Source: Betaproteobacteria bacterium (GTDB lineage: Bacteria > Pseudomonadota > Gammaproteobacteria > Burkholderiales > SG8-41). From it: a DNA stretch of 47,732 nt. The notes beneath the pieces were generated by a model. It made no database searches. It worked only from the letters and a program-made list of their open reading frames with translations, and was not told where the DNA came from. The translations under genes were made by a program, and so were the position numbers. Each line of letters opens with the position of its first letter. Within the stretch, counting starts at the first letter, position 1. Of this stretch, positions 1 through 7,994 are shown piece by piece. Where the stretch lies: contig JAQGMV010000443.1 in the NCBI GenBank assembly GCA_028292225.1, forward strand, positions 1-47,732. Reading direction: 5' to 3'.

Positions 1-2054
1 GCGAGCTTGAATCGATCGACGCCGGGGGGCGCATCGCGATGGAGCACCGCAGCGCCGCGGTCGACGCGATCCCGCCAATAAACCGCGCCCGCGTCGTCGA
101 GCACGACGCGAACTTCGTTGCCGCTGCGCTCGATGCTGCGCACCGTCCAGTCGGTCTGCGTCGCCAGATCGCGTGCGGTGCGGGACCAGTCCGGATCGCG
201 CGACGGCCGCGCCTCGGCGACGGCGACCGGCTTGGGGTCGCTCAGCTTGGGTTGCGTGAGACGGGGCAGATCGGTGTGCAGCGTGACGCCGAACATCACC
301 GTGTTACCGCGCTCGAGCCCGAACGTGAGATCGATGCCTTTGGCTGCCTTGTAGACCATTCCGACGTTCACGGGGGAGCGTTGCGGCAGATTGTTCAGTT
401 GAGGCTCGTGCTGGTAATCGTTGCCGTCATACTCCAGCTTGAGCGTAAGCGGCTCCCACGGCGTGTGATATTGCACCCCCCCGAAGAGCGCCGTGCGGCC
501 GCGGAAGTAGCGCGAGAAGCTGAAGTCGCCGCCTTGGCCCGTACTGCCCGTGCGCTCGTCGAAGCGGCTGCTGAGCAGCCCGAGCGGATTGCGCAAGTCG
601 CCGCGGGCGCCGACATAGCCCCATCCGAGCCCGAGGCTCCAGTCCAGATCGCCCGTGCGCTTGCTGGCGACGAGGTATTCGCCCGCGAACAGGCCGGTCC
701 CGCCGATATCCCGAAGCCCGACGGCGATCTCGGGAACGTAAGCCGATTCCTTCCATGCCCGGAATTTGACGTCGATGCTCTTGTCCTTGTAGCTCTGAGT
801 GCCGCTGAGCTCGGCAGGGCCGTAAGCGCGGTTGCTGACGTTGGTGTAGCGGAATCCGGCTTCCATCCAGTCGAAGGGCTGGAAGATGACGTTGCCGTGG
901 CTGTAAGGCTGCACCCGGCTGTAGTGGAACGCGAGGTGACCCGCCTCGCGCATGCGTGCTGTCGGCGTCTGCAGGAGCCCGACACTGCCCCAGTCGCTCG
1001 AGCTCACCTGCGGGTCGCGCGATCTCGCAGGGCGGCTCTCGGCCGGAACGATCAGGGGCTCCGGCGCCTGAGCCGGGGCCTTGGAAGGCGCGGGCGCGAG
1101 CCCGGCCGCAAAGGGATCCGACAGCCCGAGCGACATGCCGCCGCTCAACCGGAGTCCTTCGACGGAGCTGCTCGTATCCCCCCGCGCCGCCTCCGCCGGC
1201 GCCTCCACCGTCGCGGCACCGATCGTCACGGACTCGGTGCTGTCGCGCCCCCCATCCGGTGCAGGACCTTGCGTTGCGAGAAACCGGATCAGGCGGTCCG
1301 AGAATCCCTCGGGCCACCCACTTCCTCGCGCTGGCGCCCAGATCCACGCGCCTGCCGCAGGCTCGGCCTGCTTTTCCCGGTTCCACGCGGCGATGCCGAA
1401 GCGCTGTACGCGGCCGTCGGGCTGGGCGATCCACGCCCAGTCTGCACCCGCTGCACCTCGCCCGGCGCAGGCCTGAACGTACGCCGCAGCTTCCTGTCCT
1501 GCACCGTGCATGACCGTGCACCGCGTGCCGTCGCTTTGCAGGACCGTGACGCTTCGGGGCCGCCGCGGCATGACGAGCGTATGACCGGGGCCCAGCACCG
1601 GGTCGTGTGCGGGGTTCACCTGGAGCCAGCGCCCGTCGGCATTCACCACCGGGACGCGCCCCGTGGCGGGGAGGCCGGCCAGCCAGTCCTTCAGGCGCTT
1701 CATGGCGCCGGTTTCGGCCTTGACGTCCGGCTCGCCGCCAGCGAGCGCGGTGACCAACTCGAGCTTCAGGAGCGTCTGCGGCGGCACCTCCTGGGGAACG
1801 CGCCAACTGACCCCGAGCGGGTAGTCGTCGGGTTGCGCTGTGCGCTGCAGGAGCCAATCGCTCAGTCGCCGCTGCCGTGCAGGCCTGGGTTTGGCGGTGC
1901 TGTCAGCAGTCGGCGGTGCGTCCGTACGAGCGGATTCTGCGGCGCCGGCCACCGCTGCCAACCCCGGCATGGTCAACGCCAGAGACGCGGCGGCAATCGC
2001 CACGCGCGAACCGGCTCGCCGCAAGCCGGAACGTGTCCGCCGCTTAGATTTCAA
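1..2054 (-). CDS. yjbH: Fused YjbG(GfcC)-YjbH(GfcD) group-4-capsule outer-membrane protein, 3' end outside the window
   Basis: Not in the ORF track, consistent with no stop before the window edge. I translated it by hand from TTG 2054 (in-frame TAA just upstream; alternative starts GTG 2003, ATG 1970). It gives a signal-like N-terminus, a GfcC-like region (RLSDWLL..LPATGRVPV..ADWAWIAQPDGRVQRFGIAAWN), a Pro/Ala linker, then YjbH motifs SDWGSVGLLQTPTARM, QPFDWMEAGFRY, SYKDKSIDVK, DIGGTGLFAGEYLVASKR, GLGWGY. Confidence 0.88.
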   Translation of the reverse strand, partial: MKSKRRTRSGLRRAGSRVAIAAASLALTMPGLAAVAGAAESARTDAPPTADSTAKPRPARQRRLSDWLLQRTAQPDDYPLGVSWRVPQEVPPQTLLKLELVTALAGGEPDVKAETGAMKRLKDWLAGLPATGRVPVVNADGRWLQVNPAHDPVLGPGHTLVMPRRPRSVTVLQSDGTRCTVMHGAGQEAAAYVQACAGRGAAGADWAWIAQPDGRVQRFGIAAWNREKQAEPAAGAWIWAPARGSGWPEGFSDRLIRFLATQGPAPDGGRDSTESVTIGAATVEAPAEAARGDTSSSVEGLRLSGGMSLGLSDPFAAGLAPAPSKAPAQAPEPLIVPAESRPARSRDPQVSSSDWGSVGLLQTPTARMREAGHLAFHYSRVQPYSHGNVIFQPFDWMEAGFRYTNVSNRAYGPAELSGTQSYKDKSIDVKFRAWKESAYVPEIAVGLRDIGGTGLFAGEYLVASKRTGDLDWSLGLGWGYVGARGDLRNPLGLLSSRFDERTGSTGQGGDFSFSRYFRGRTALFGGVQYHTPWEPLTLKLEYDGNDYQHEPQLNNLPQRSPVNVGMVYKAAKGIDLTFGLERGNTVMFGVTLHTDLPRLTQPKLSDPKPVAVAEARPSRDPDWSRTARDLATQTDWTVRSIERSGNEVRVVLDDAGAVYWRDRVDRGAAVLHRDAPPGVDRFKL

Positions 2055-2152
2055 TCGATGAGAGGGAAGTTTTTAACGCGGCGGGCTCGACCGTGACGGC
2101 CGCCATCGCCCCGGAGTTTACCGCAACGCGCGGCGCAGTGAAGCCTCGCGGC

Positions 2153-2860
2153 TCAGCGTCGATCTACAGAGGCCTGCTGCATGGCCGCGGACCAGCGCTG
2201 CCAAGTGAAGCACAGGTCGACGGCGAGGCACTGCTCCGCATAGATGACCTGCTCCTGAGCGCCGGCCAAGTCGACGCCGTAACGCGCAACCGGGACCGGT
2301 GCGTCGCCGGCCGACGTGGCCGTTCGCTCTTCGAACCACGCAAGCGCGCCGGGATCGACGGCCCGCAGCGCGGTCCGCGAAGGCGCGGCGATCGGGCGCA
2401 CCGTGACCTCGTCGCGAACCCCGGAGCGGTAACCCGGCATCACGTCCCTGACTCTGACGAACGAGACGCCCTGTGCCGCCGCCGAGGCCGTGCGCCAGGA
2501 CGGTGCGGTGAGCGACACCTTGCGCCATTCGGTGTTCAGCCCGAGCGCGCCTACGAGGCGGCCGTCGAGCAGGCGCACGACCTCACCGAACCCGCTGTAG
2601 TACACCTCGACGGTGCCCTCGGGACCCTGCTCGGTGCTGCCGCGCCACAAGAGGCCGACGTGGCCGCCACGGGTGATTCTGATATACGCGAAACGGGCGT
2701 CGAGCGCCGCGCTGTCAGCGGCCTGGCCGCGCGGCAAGACCTGCCGTACCGAATCGACCATGGCATTCATGCCGGTCGAGCAGCCGCCGAGCACCACCAG
2801 GCCAGCCACGACTGACAGCAGGCGCCGCGAGAACGGGGCAGAAAAAAACAACGGGATCAC
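2153..2860 (-). CDS. yjbF: YjbF/GfcB family lipoprotein
   Basis: Lipobox VLGG-C after a hydrophobic stretch; motifs RDVMPGYRSG and EQCLA; sits between a yjbE-like gene and yjbG/H. Confidence 0.8.
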   Translation of the reverse strand: MIPLFFSAPFSRRLLSVVAGLVVLGGCSTGMNAMVDSVRQVLPRGQAADSAALDARFAYIRITRGGHVGLLWRGSTEQGPEGTVEVYYSGFGEVVRLLDGRLVGALGLNTEWRKVSLTAPSWRTASAAAQGVSFVRVRDVMPGYRSGVRDEVTVRPIAAPSRTALRAVDPGALAWFEERTATSAGDAPVPVARYGVDLAGAQEQVIYAEQCLAVDLCFTWQRWSAAMQQASVDRR

Positions 2861-2867
2861 TCCATAG

Positions 2868-2900
2868 AAAAAGGGTCTCGGCTGACGCCGAGACCCTTTT
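2868..2900 (-). terminator. Intrinsic terminator after the yjbE-like gene (potentially bidirectional)
   Basis: Perfect 10-bp stem gggtctcggc / gccgagaccc, 4-nt loop, flanked by A5 and T4. Confidence 0.85.
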
Positions 2901-2924
2901 CGGAAAGCTCGAATGCCGACGGGC

Positions 2925-3176
2925 TTAGTTGGTGCCGGTCGTGCCGGTCGTGCCGGTTGTGCCAGTGGTGGTGGTGTTGTTGTCCCCGCCGCCCCCTGCT
3001 ATGGCTGCGATGACGCCGATCCCGATGGCGATGCCGACTGCCCCGGTTACGCCGATACCGGCTTCAGGGGCGCCGCCTGCGGGCGTCGCGGGCGGTTCGG
3101 CCGGGTCGACCACTGCTGCGTAAGACACAGCTGAGATTGCCATCATGGCGGCTAATGCGGCGGCTGTTAATTTCAT
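2925..3176 (-). CDS. Small secreted Thr-rich protein, YjbE/GfcA-like
   Basis: Strong RBS (AAGGAG) before ATG 3176. Signal peptide MKLTAAALAAMMAISAVSYA, a Gly/Ile hydrophobic segment, C-terminal TTTTTGTTGTTGTTGTN. First gene of a yjbEFGH-like operon. Confidence 0.8.
   Translation of the reverse strand: MKLTAAALAAMMAISAVSYAAVVDPAEPPATPAGGAPEAGIGVTGAVGIAIGIGVIAAIAGGGGDNNTTTTGTTGTTGTTGTN
2932..2967. repeat. 9-bp tandem repeat (gtgccggtc, 4 copies, last two imperfect) encoding Thr-Gly-Thr
   Basis: Units at 2932, 2941, 2950 and 2959. Confidence 0.9.
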
Positions 3177-3197
3177 GTCTTTTTCTCCTTGAGGGCG

Positions 3198-3241
3198 ATA
3201 TGTCAACTACATGTTAGCACATATTTTGGCGGACGCATCAA
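3198..3241 (-). promoter_or_regulatory. Putative extended -10 promoter for the yjbE-like operon with an overlapping inverted repeat
   Basis: Minus strand TGcTAACAT at 3219-3211; TTGATG 19 nt upstream of the hexamer; ATATGT-N15-ACATAT dyad at 3198-3224. Confidence 0.45.
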
Positions 3242-4551
3242 GCGCGGTCGTCCTGCGACGGACGTTCTGGAAGCGCGGGACGCCCACTGCGTAAAGCTCC
3301 GGAGCAGGTGTCATGCCCACCCGTTCTCGTTACAGCAACGGCCGTAGCGGCTTTAAACTTTGCCTCGGTGTTTTCCGAATCGTGCTGAAAAGCGCGATCG
3401 TCGACCGGCGTGCGCGTATGGTGCTGCCGTCCAGCCACCGGAACCGCCGAGGCGGCGTCGAGATGAGAAATTTTGATCGCTTCGCCAATATACCCGCCGT
3501 GCTGCGTGCTGGCACGAGGCACGCCCCTTTTGTGCAATGCCGCAGCGCCTTGAACGACCGAGCGCTCGATCGCTTTGTGCACCGAAGCCTGATGCTGGAA
3601 AACCGCCCAGCGTCGGTCCACCGCCCACGCCAGCATCACGTAGACTGCTGCCACGCCCACAAGACCTGCGTATTGCGCTGCGGGGGCCCAGTCCAGCATG
3701 AGCATGGCCAGTCCCGCTGACGCGCCCATCAGAACGTATTCGCATATGGCCGTTCGCCGGTGGCTCCAGCCCGAGCGGATCAGCCGCTGGTAATAATGTT
3801 CCCGATGTGCACGCCAGAACGGCTCGCCCCCGAACATGCGGCGCAATATCGTCGCAGTGGCGTCGAGGAAAAAAGGCGCAGACACGAGAAAGGGAAACCA
3901 CACCGGCCATGTTTCGGCAGCCCAACCCCAGATGCCGAAAGCACCGGCGAAGAAACCTATGGTGATTGACCCGGCATCCCCCAGAAACACACGCGCCGGA
4001 TTGACGTTGAAAAGCAGGAAGCCGGCGGCCGCGCCCGCGATGGACGCCGCCCATAGGGCCAGAGGCGCCGCGCCCGCGTTTCCGGCCACGATGGCGTACG
4101 TGCCGAATGCAAAGACAGCCATGCCTCCGGCGAGACCGTCGGCACCGTCCATGAAATTGAACAGGTTCGTGACCCATACGATCGCGAAAACCGCGAGCGC
4201 CGCCGTCGCGAACGGAAGACCGAGAGGACCGAAGGCCAGCCATGCGGCAGCCGCTGCTGCGTGCACCGGCAGCCTGACGATGATCGGCAGGCCCAAGCGG
4301 TCGTCGGCATAGGAGACAGCGAACAGCACGACGGCAAGCGTCGGAACGATCCACTCTGAGAGCCCGAAATACAGCGAGACGCCGACCATGGCTGGCACTA
4401 CGCCCCACCCGCCTACACGGGGAATCGGCGTGGTATGCAGCGAGCGATTGTTAGGGACGTCCGTCGCGATGCGCCATGCCAGTTTCGTAAGCAGCAAAAA
4501 ACCTATGAGGGCGGCACAGACGACGACGCTGGAAAAAAAAATAGCCGCCAC
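3238..4551 (-). CDS. WecA/WbpL-like (MraY/Glycos_transf_4 family) initiating undecaprenyl-phosphate HexNAc-1-P transferase
   Basis: DVPNNRSLHTTPIPRVGG, ADD, NLFNFMDGADGLAG, VFLGDAGS and AHREHYYQRL motifs; multiple TM segments; GGAGGAG RBS before the GTG. Confidence 0.9.
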   Translation of the reverse strand: MAAIFFSSVVVCAALIGFLLLTKLAWRIATDVPNNRSLHTTPIPRVGGWGVVPAMVGVSLYFGLSEWIVPTLAVVLFAVSYADDRLGLPIIVRLPVHAAAAAAWLAFGPLGLPFATAALAVFAIVWVTNLFNFMDGADGLAGGMAVFAFGTYAIVAGNAGAAPLALWAASIAGAAAGFLLFNVNPARVFLGDAGSITIGFFAGAFGIWGWAAETWPVWFPFLVSAPFFLDATATILRRMFGGEPFWRAHREHYYQRLIRSGWSHRRTAICEYVLMGASAGLAMLMLDWAPAAQYAGLVGVAAVYVMLAWAVDRRWAVFQHQASVHKAIERSVVQGAAALHKRGVPRASTQHGGYIGEAIKISHLDAASAVPVAGRQHHTRTPVDDRAFQHDSENTEAKFKAATAVAVTRTGGHDTCSGALRSGRPALPERPSQDDRA

Positions 4552-4604
4552 TACTCCTCCATTGGAACTATCGGTGGCCGAAACGGGACTCCGAACTGGC
4601 CGCC

Positions 4605-4610
4605 ATTATA
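4605..4610 (-). promoter_or_regulatory. Putative sigma70 -10 element for the WbpL-like gene
   Basis: Perfect TATAAT on the minus strand in a ~100-bp intergenic gap; no convincing -35. Confidence 0.4.
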
Positions 4611-4656
4611 TACCGACACCATGTTTTCCCTGTACATGGCACGGCTGAGGAGAAGC

Positions 4657-5613
4657 TCACCTCATGCTCGCGAACCAGCGCGCGGTCGCCTTCAGCCCCT
4701 CGTCCACAGAGAAAGGCGGAGACCAGCCGAGCACCGTGCGTATACCTGAACCGTCGATCACGAGCGAACCTGTGAGCCGATCGACTTCAGCGGCTTTCCT
4801 AGCCAGGGTCGCGCCCATCGTCAGCAACCCTGCGGGAACCGGCAACAATCGTGCGGGCACCCCCATCCCCTCTCCGAGGCGCCTGATCAGGTCCGGAGTG
4901 GAGAGCTCCATCCCATCGCTTACGAGAAAGGTGTGACCCGCGGCCGCCGGGTGGGTCGCGCACGCCACTAGCGCGCTGGCCAGATTATCGTTGTAAATCA
5001 TGCTTCGTCTGTTTTTTATGCTCCCGAGCGGCAGCGGGATGCCGCGCTGCACCCAATGCATCAGGCGAAGGAAATTACCGCCGACACCGGGTCCGTAGAC
5101 CAGCGGAGGCCGCACGATCGTCAATTCCAGAGAGCCGGCGCGCGCGATCATCCAAAGTGCCTGCTCCGCTTCCCATTTCGACAAGCCGTAAGGATCCTGC
5201 GGATCAGCGCGGTCGGCCTCGGTAAATGGCAGCTCATGGGTCGATTCGCCGTTGACCTTGATTGAGCTGACATACACGAAGCGTTTTACTCGTGCAGCGG
5301 CCGCGGCATCCGCAAGTCGCTGCGTTGCCGCCACGTTGAGCGCCCTGAACGCCGCCAGCGGGTCGGACGCGTTTTCCTTCATTACGTGAACGCGCGCGGC
5401 GAGATGGACGACGACATCGACACCCTCGAGCGCAGCAGACCAGTCGGTATCGGGCCGAAGTGTGCCGACTTCGACCGTCCGACCGGGCAAGCCGGCGGCG
5501 TGCCTTGCGTCACGTACGGCGGCGACAACTTCATGGCCGCGTCGGGCGAGCTCGGCGCACAAGGCGCGGCCGACGAAACCGTTTGCGCCGGTGACCAGTA
5601 TCTTTTCAGCCAT
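4657..5613 (-). CDS. NAD-dependent epimerase/reductase, WbpV/WbpK-like
   Basis: VTGANGFVG, HLAARVHVM, SSIKVNGE, YGLSK and RPPLVYGPGV motifs; adjacent to a WbpL-like gene. Confidence 0.85.
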   Translation of the reverse strand: MAEKILVTGANGFVGRALCAELARRGHEVVAAVRDARHAAGLPGRTVEVGTLRPDTDWSAALEGVDVVVHLAARVHVMKENASDPLAAFRALNVAATQRLADAAAAARVKRFVYVSSIKVNGESTHELPFTEADRADPQDPYGLSKWEAEQALWMIARAGSLELTIVRPPLVYGPGVGGNFLRLMHWVQRGIPLPLGSIKNRRSMIYNDNLASALVACATHPAAAGHTFLVSDGMELSTPDLIRRLGEGMGVPARLLPVPAGLLTMGATLARKAAEVDRLTGSLVIDGSGIRTVLGWSPPFSVDEGLKATARWFASMR

Positions 5614-5642
5614 GCGTCAGCGGCCCGCCCGAAAACGGATCG

Positions 5643-6752
5643 TCATGCCGGCGTGCGGCTCGTGAGCAGCTGTTTAAGGCTGGTTACCACTCGCGCTGCC
5701 GTATTGCCGTCCCACAGATCCGGCGTGCGGCCTTTCCCCCAGGTGCCAGCGAGCACGCGTTCGACCGCTGCCGGCACATCCGGCGGTTTCATCAGCCGGT
5801 TCGTCCCCTCGGTGACGGTGATCGGCCTTTCGGTGTTCTCGCGCAGGGTCATGCAAGGGATGCCCAGGTAAGTCGTTTCTTCCTGGACGCCTCCGGAATC
5901 GGTGATCACTGCGGCGCACGAAAATACGAGGCTCATAAACTCGACATAGCCCACCGGCTCGATCGCCTGCAGCCCGGGTATCGCGGCGGCGCGAGGCCAC
6001 AGGCCGAAATCATCCAGACGCTTGCGCGTTCTCGGATGCACCGGAAAGACGAGCGGGAGCCGCGCGGCGCACGCCTCCAGCATCACGATGAGATTCTGCA
6101 TCTGGGACGGCTCGTCGACGTTGCTCGGACGGTGCAGCGTCACGACGCCGTAGCCGCCGGCTGCAAGGCCAAGCTCGCGCGCGAAACCGCGCTGCTCGAT
6201 TCGCGCGCGGCTCATCTCCAGAGCGTCGATCATGATGTTCCCCACGCGACACACGCGTGCCGCCGCGGCACCTTCGCGCAGAAGATTCTCGTCCGCGTCA
6301 GGCGACGGGGTCCACAGCAGGTCGGCGATCGCGTCGGTCACCAGCCGGTTGGTTTCTTCCGGCATGGTGCGGTCGCCACTTCGAAGGCCCGCCTCGAGGT
6401 GCGCGACCGGTATGTTCAGCTTCACCGCAGCCAGAGCACACGCCGCCGTAGAGTTCACGTCCCCGACGACGATAGTGCACGCGGGGCGCGAATCGAGGCA
6501 CCAGCGTTCGTAGGCAATCATGATCCGTCCGGTCTGCTCGGCATGGGTGCCGCCGCCGATGCCCAGATGCGCGTCCGGCTCGGGCAGGCCGAGATCGCGG
6601 AAGAACGCTCCTGACATGTTGTCGTCGTAATGCTGGCCCGTGTGTACCAGCCGCGGCGAAATCCCGTACTCCGCTTTCAACGCCTTGTACAGCGGCGCCA
6701 CTTTCATGAAGTTGGGCCGCGCCGCGGCGATGAGATCGACGATGTGAGTCAT
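5643..6752 (-). CDS. wecB: UDP-N-acetylglucosamine 2-epimerase (non-hydrolysing)
   Basis: ARPNFMK, HTGQHYD, VGDVNST, HLEAGLRS, MPEETNR, TLHRPSNVD, TDSGGVQEE and RENTERP motifs. Confidence 0.92.
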   Translation of the reverse strand: MTHIVDLIAAARPNFMKVAPLYKALKAEYGISPRLVHTGQHYDDNMSGAFFRDLGLPEPDAHLGIGGGTHAEQTGRIMIAYERWCLDSRPACTIVVGDVNSTAACALAAVKLNIPVAHLEAGLRSGDRTMPEETNRLVTDAIADLLWTPSPDADENLLREGAAAARVCRVGNIMIDALEMSRARIEQRGFARELGLAAGGYGVVTLHRPSNVDEPSQMQNLIVMLEACAARLPLVFPVHPRTRKRLDDFGLWPRAAAIPGLQAIEPVGYVEFMSLVFSCAAVITDSGGVQEETTYLGIPCMTLRENTERPITVTEGTNRLMKPPDVPAAVERVLAGTWGKGRTPDLWDGNTAARVVTSLKQLLTSRTPA

Positions 6753-6755
6753 ACC

Positions 6756-7994
6756 CTAATATTCTCGATTAACTTCTTCGATGATTCCGAGCATCTTCGT
6801 TGCCAGTACGTCGCGATCGTAGTGGCCCTCGACGAATTGCCGCCCGGAGACACCTGTTGCGCGGCAGCGCTCGCGATCGTCAGCCATGGCCTGAATCGCC
6901 GCGACTAGTGCGTCGACGTTCTCGGGCGGAATCACCATTCCCGCCTGCGCGCGCTCCAGTATCGTGGCGCTCTCGCCCTGCACGCCCAGAATTATCGCGC
7001 GTCCGGTCGCCATCGCTTCGAACATCTTCGAGGGGATGACATGACGAAACAGAGGAAGATCCCGCAACAGCACGAGCGCGACGTCGCACAGCCGCCAATA
7101 GGCGGCGACGTCCGCTTTCGGAACACCTCCGACGAAGATCACGTTGTGCAGCCCGCGCCTGGCCGCCTCTGCGATCAGCTCGTCCTTTTCAGCGCCGGTA
7201 CCCACGACCACGATCCGTATGTCGTCGCGACCGCGCAAGCGCTGGGCTGCGTCGAGTAACGTAGACAAACCGTGAGCCATGCCTACGGTGCCGACATAGG
7301 CGGCCACGAATTTCCCCTGCAGCCCCCAGCGTTCGATCAGCGCCTGCGGCGCTTCCCCGGGCCGGTAGGTCTCAAGGTCTGCGCCGTTCGGCACGACTCC
7401 AATACGCTCAGCCGGTATGCCGTTGCCTTCGAGTATGGCTTTGAAGGAGTCGGTCACACTCACGATCTTCGCGGCGTGGCGGTAGATGAAGTACTCGAGC
7501 CTGCGCAACAGCTTTATCAGCGCCGACTCTCTCATCGCACCGACGGCGACGATGGAGTCCGGCCACAGATCGCGCAACTCAAAAATGAACGGACGCCGCT
7601 TCAGTCGCGACACCGCATAGCCGGCAAGCGTCTGCAAGAACTGCGGAGACGTGGCGATCACCACGTGGGGTCTTGCCAGGAATAGCGATACGACCGTTGC
7701 GGAGATCATGAAGCTCGCCTGGTCGACGGTGCGTCGGAAAAAACCGGTGTTGGCGGTGATATACGTCCACACGCGCACCACCTCGATGCCGTCGAGCACT
7801 TCGCGCTGCATCAACCTGTTTTTATATCCCTTGAATATCCTGCCTTCCGGGAAATTCGGTGCAGCAGCGACGACCGTGACTCGGTGGCCGGCCTCAACCC
7901 AGCGCCGCGCGTGCTCGAAGGTACGAGACGCACCTGCGTTCGTCTCCGGCGGAAAGTTGTCCGAGATGAAAAGAACGTGCATCGGATTTTGCAT
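6756..7994 (-). CDS. Glycosyltransferase family 4 (WbuB-like)
   Basis: DNFPPE, PNFPEG, ATSPQF, ELRDLWPDSI and IPSKMFEAMA motifs. Start trimmed to ATG 7994, which overlaps the upstream stop (TGATG). Confidence 0.9.
   Translation of the reverse strand: MQNPMHVLFISDNFPPETNAGASRTFEHARRWVEAGHRVTVVAAAPNFPEGRIFKGYKNRLMQREVLDGIEVVRVWTYITANTGFFRRTVDQASFMISATVVSLFLARPHVVIATSPQFLQTLAGYAVSRLKRRPFIFELRDLWPDSIVAVGAMRESALIKLLRRLEYFIYRHAAKIVSVTDSFKAILEGNGIPAERIGVVPNGADLETYRPGEAPQALIERWGLQGKFVAAYVGTVGMAHGLSTLLDAAQRLRGRDDIRIVVVGTGAEKDELIAEAARRGLHNVIFVGGVPKADVAAYWRLCDVALVLLRDLPLFRHVIPSKMFEAMATGRAIILGVQGESATILERAQAGMVIPPENVDALVAAIQAMADDRERCRATGVSGRQFVEGHYDRDVLATKMLGIIEEVNREY

Noticed and set aside
39-2096. 685-aa + strand ORF and the 476-aa minus ORF 427-1857
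   Set aside because: No family motifs. They are shadows of the yjbG/H frame, which has clear motifs; long shadow ORFs are expected at this GC content.
2932-2967. CRISPR-like repeat
   Set aside because: Contiguous 9-bp coding repeat with no spacers and no cas genes.
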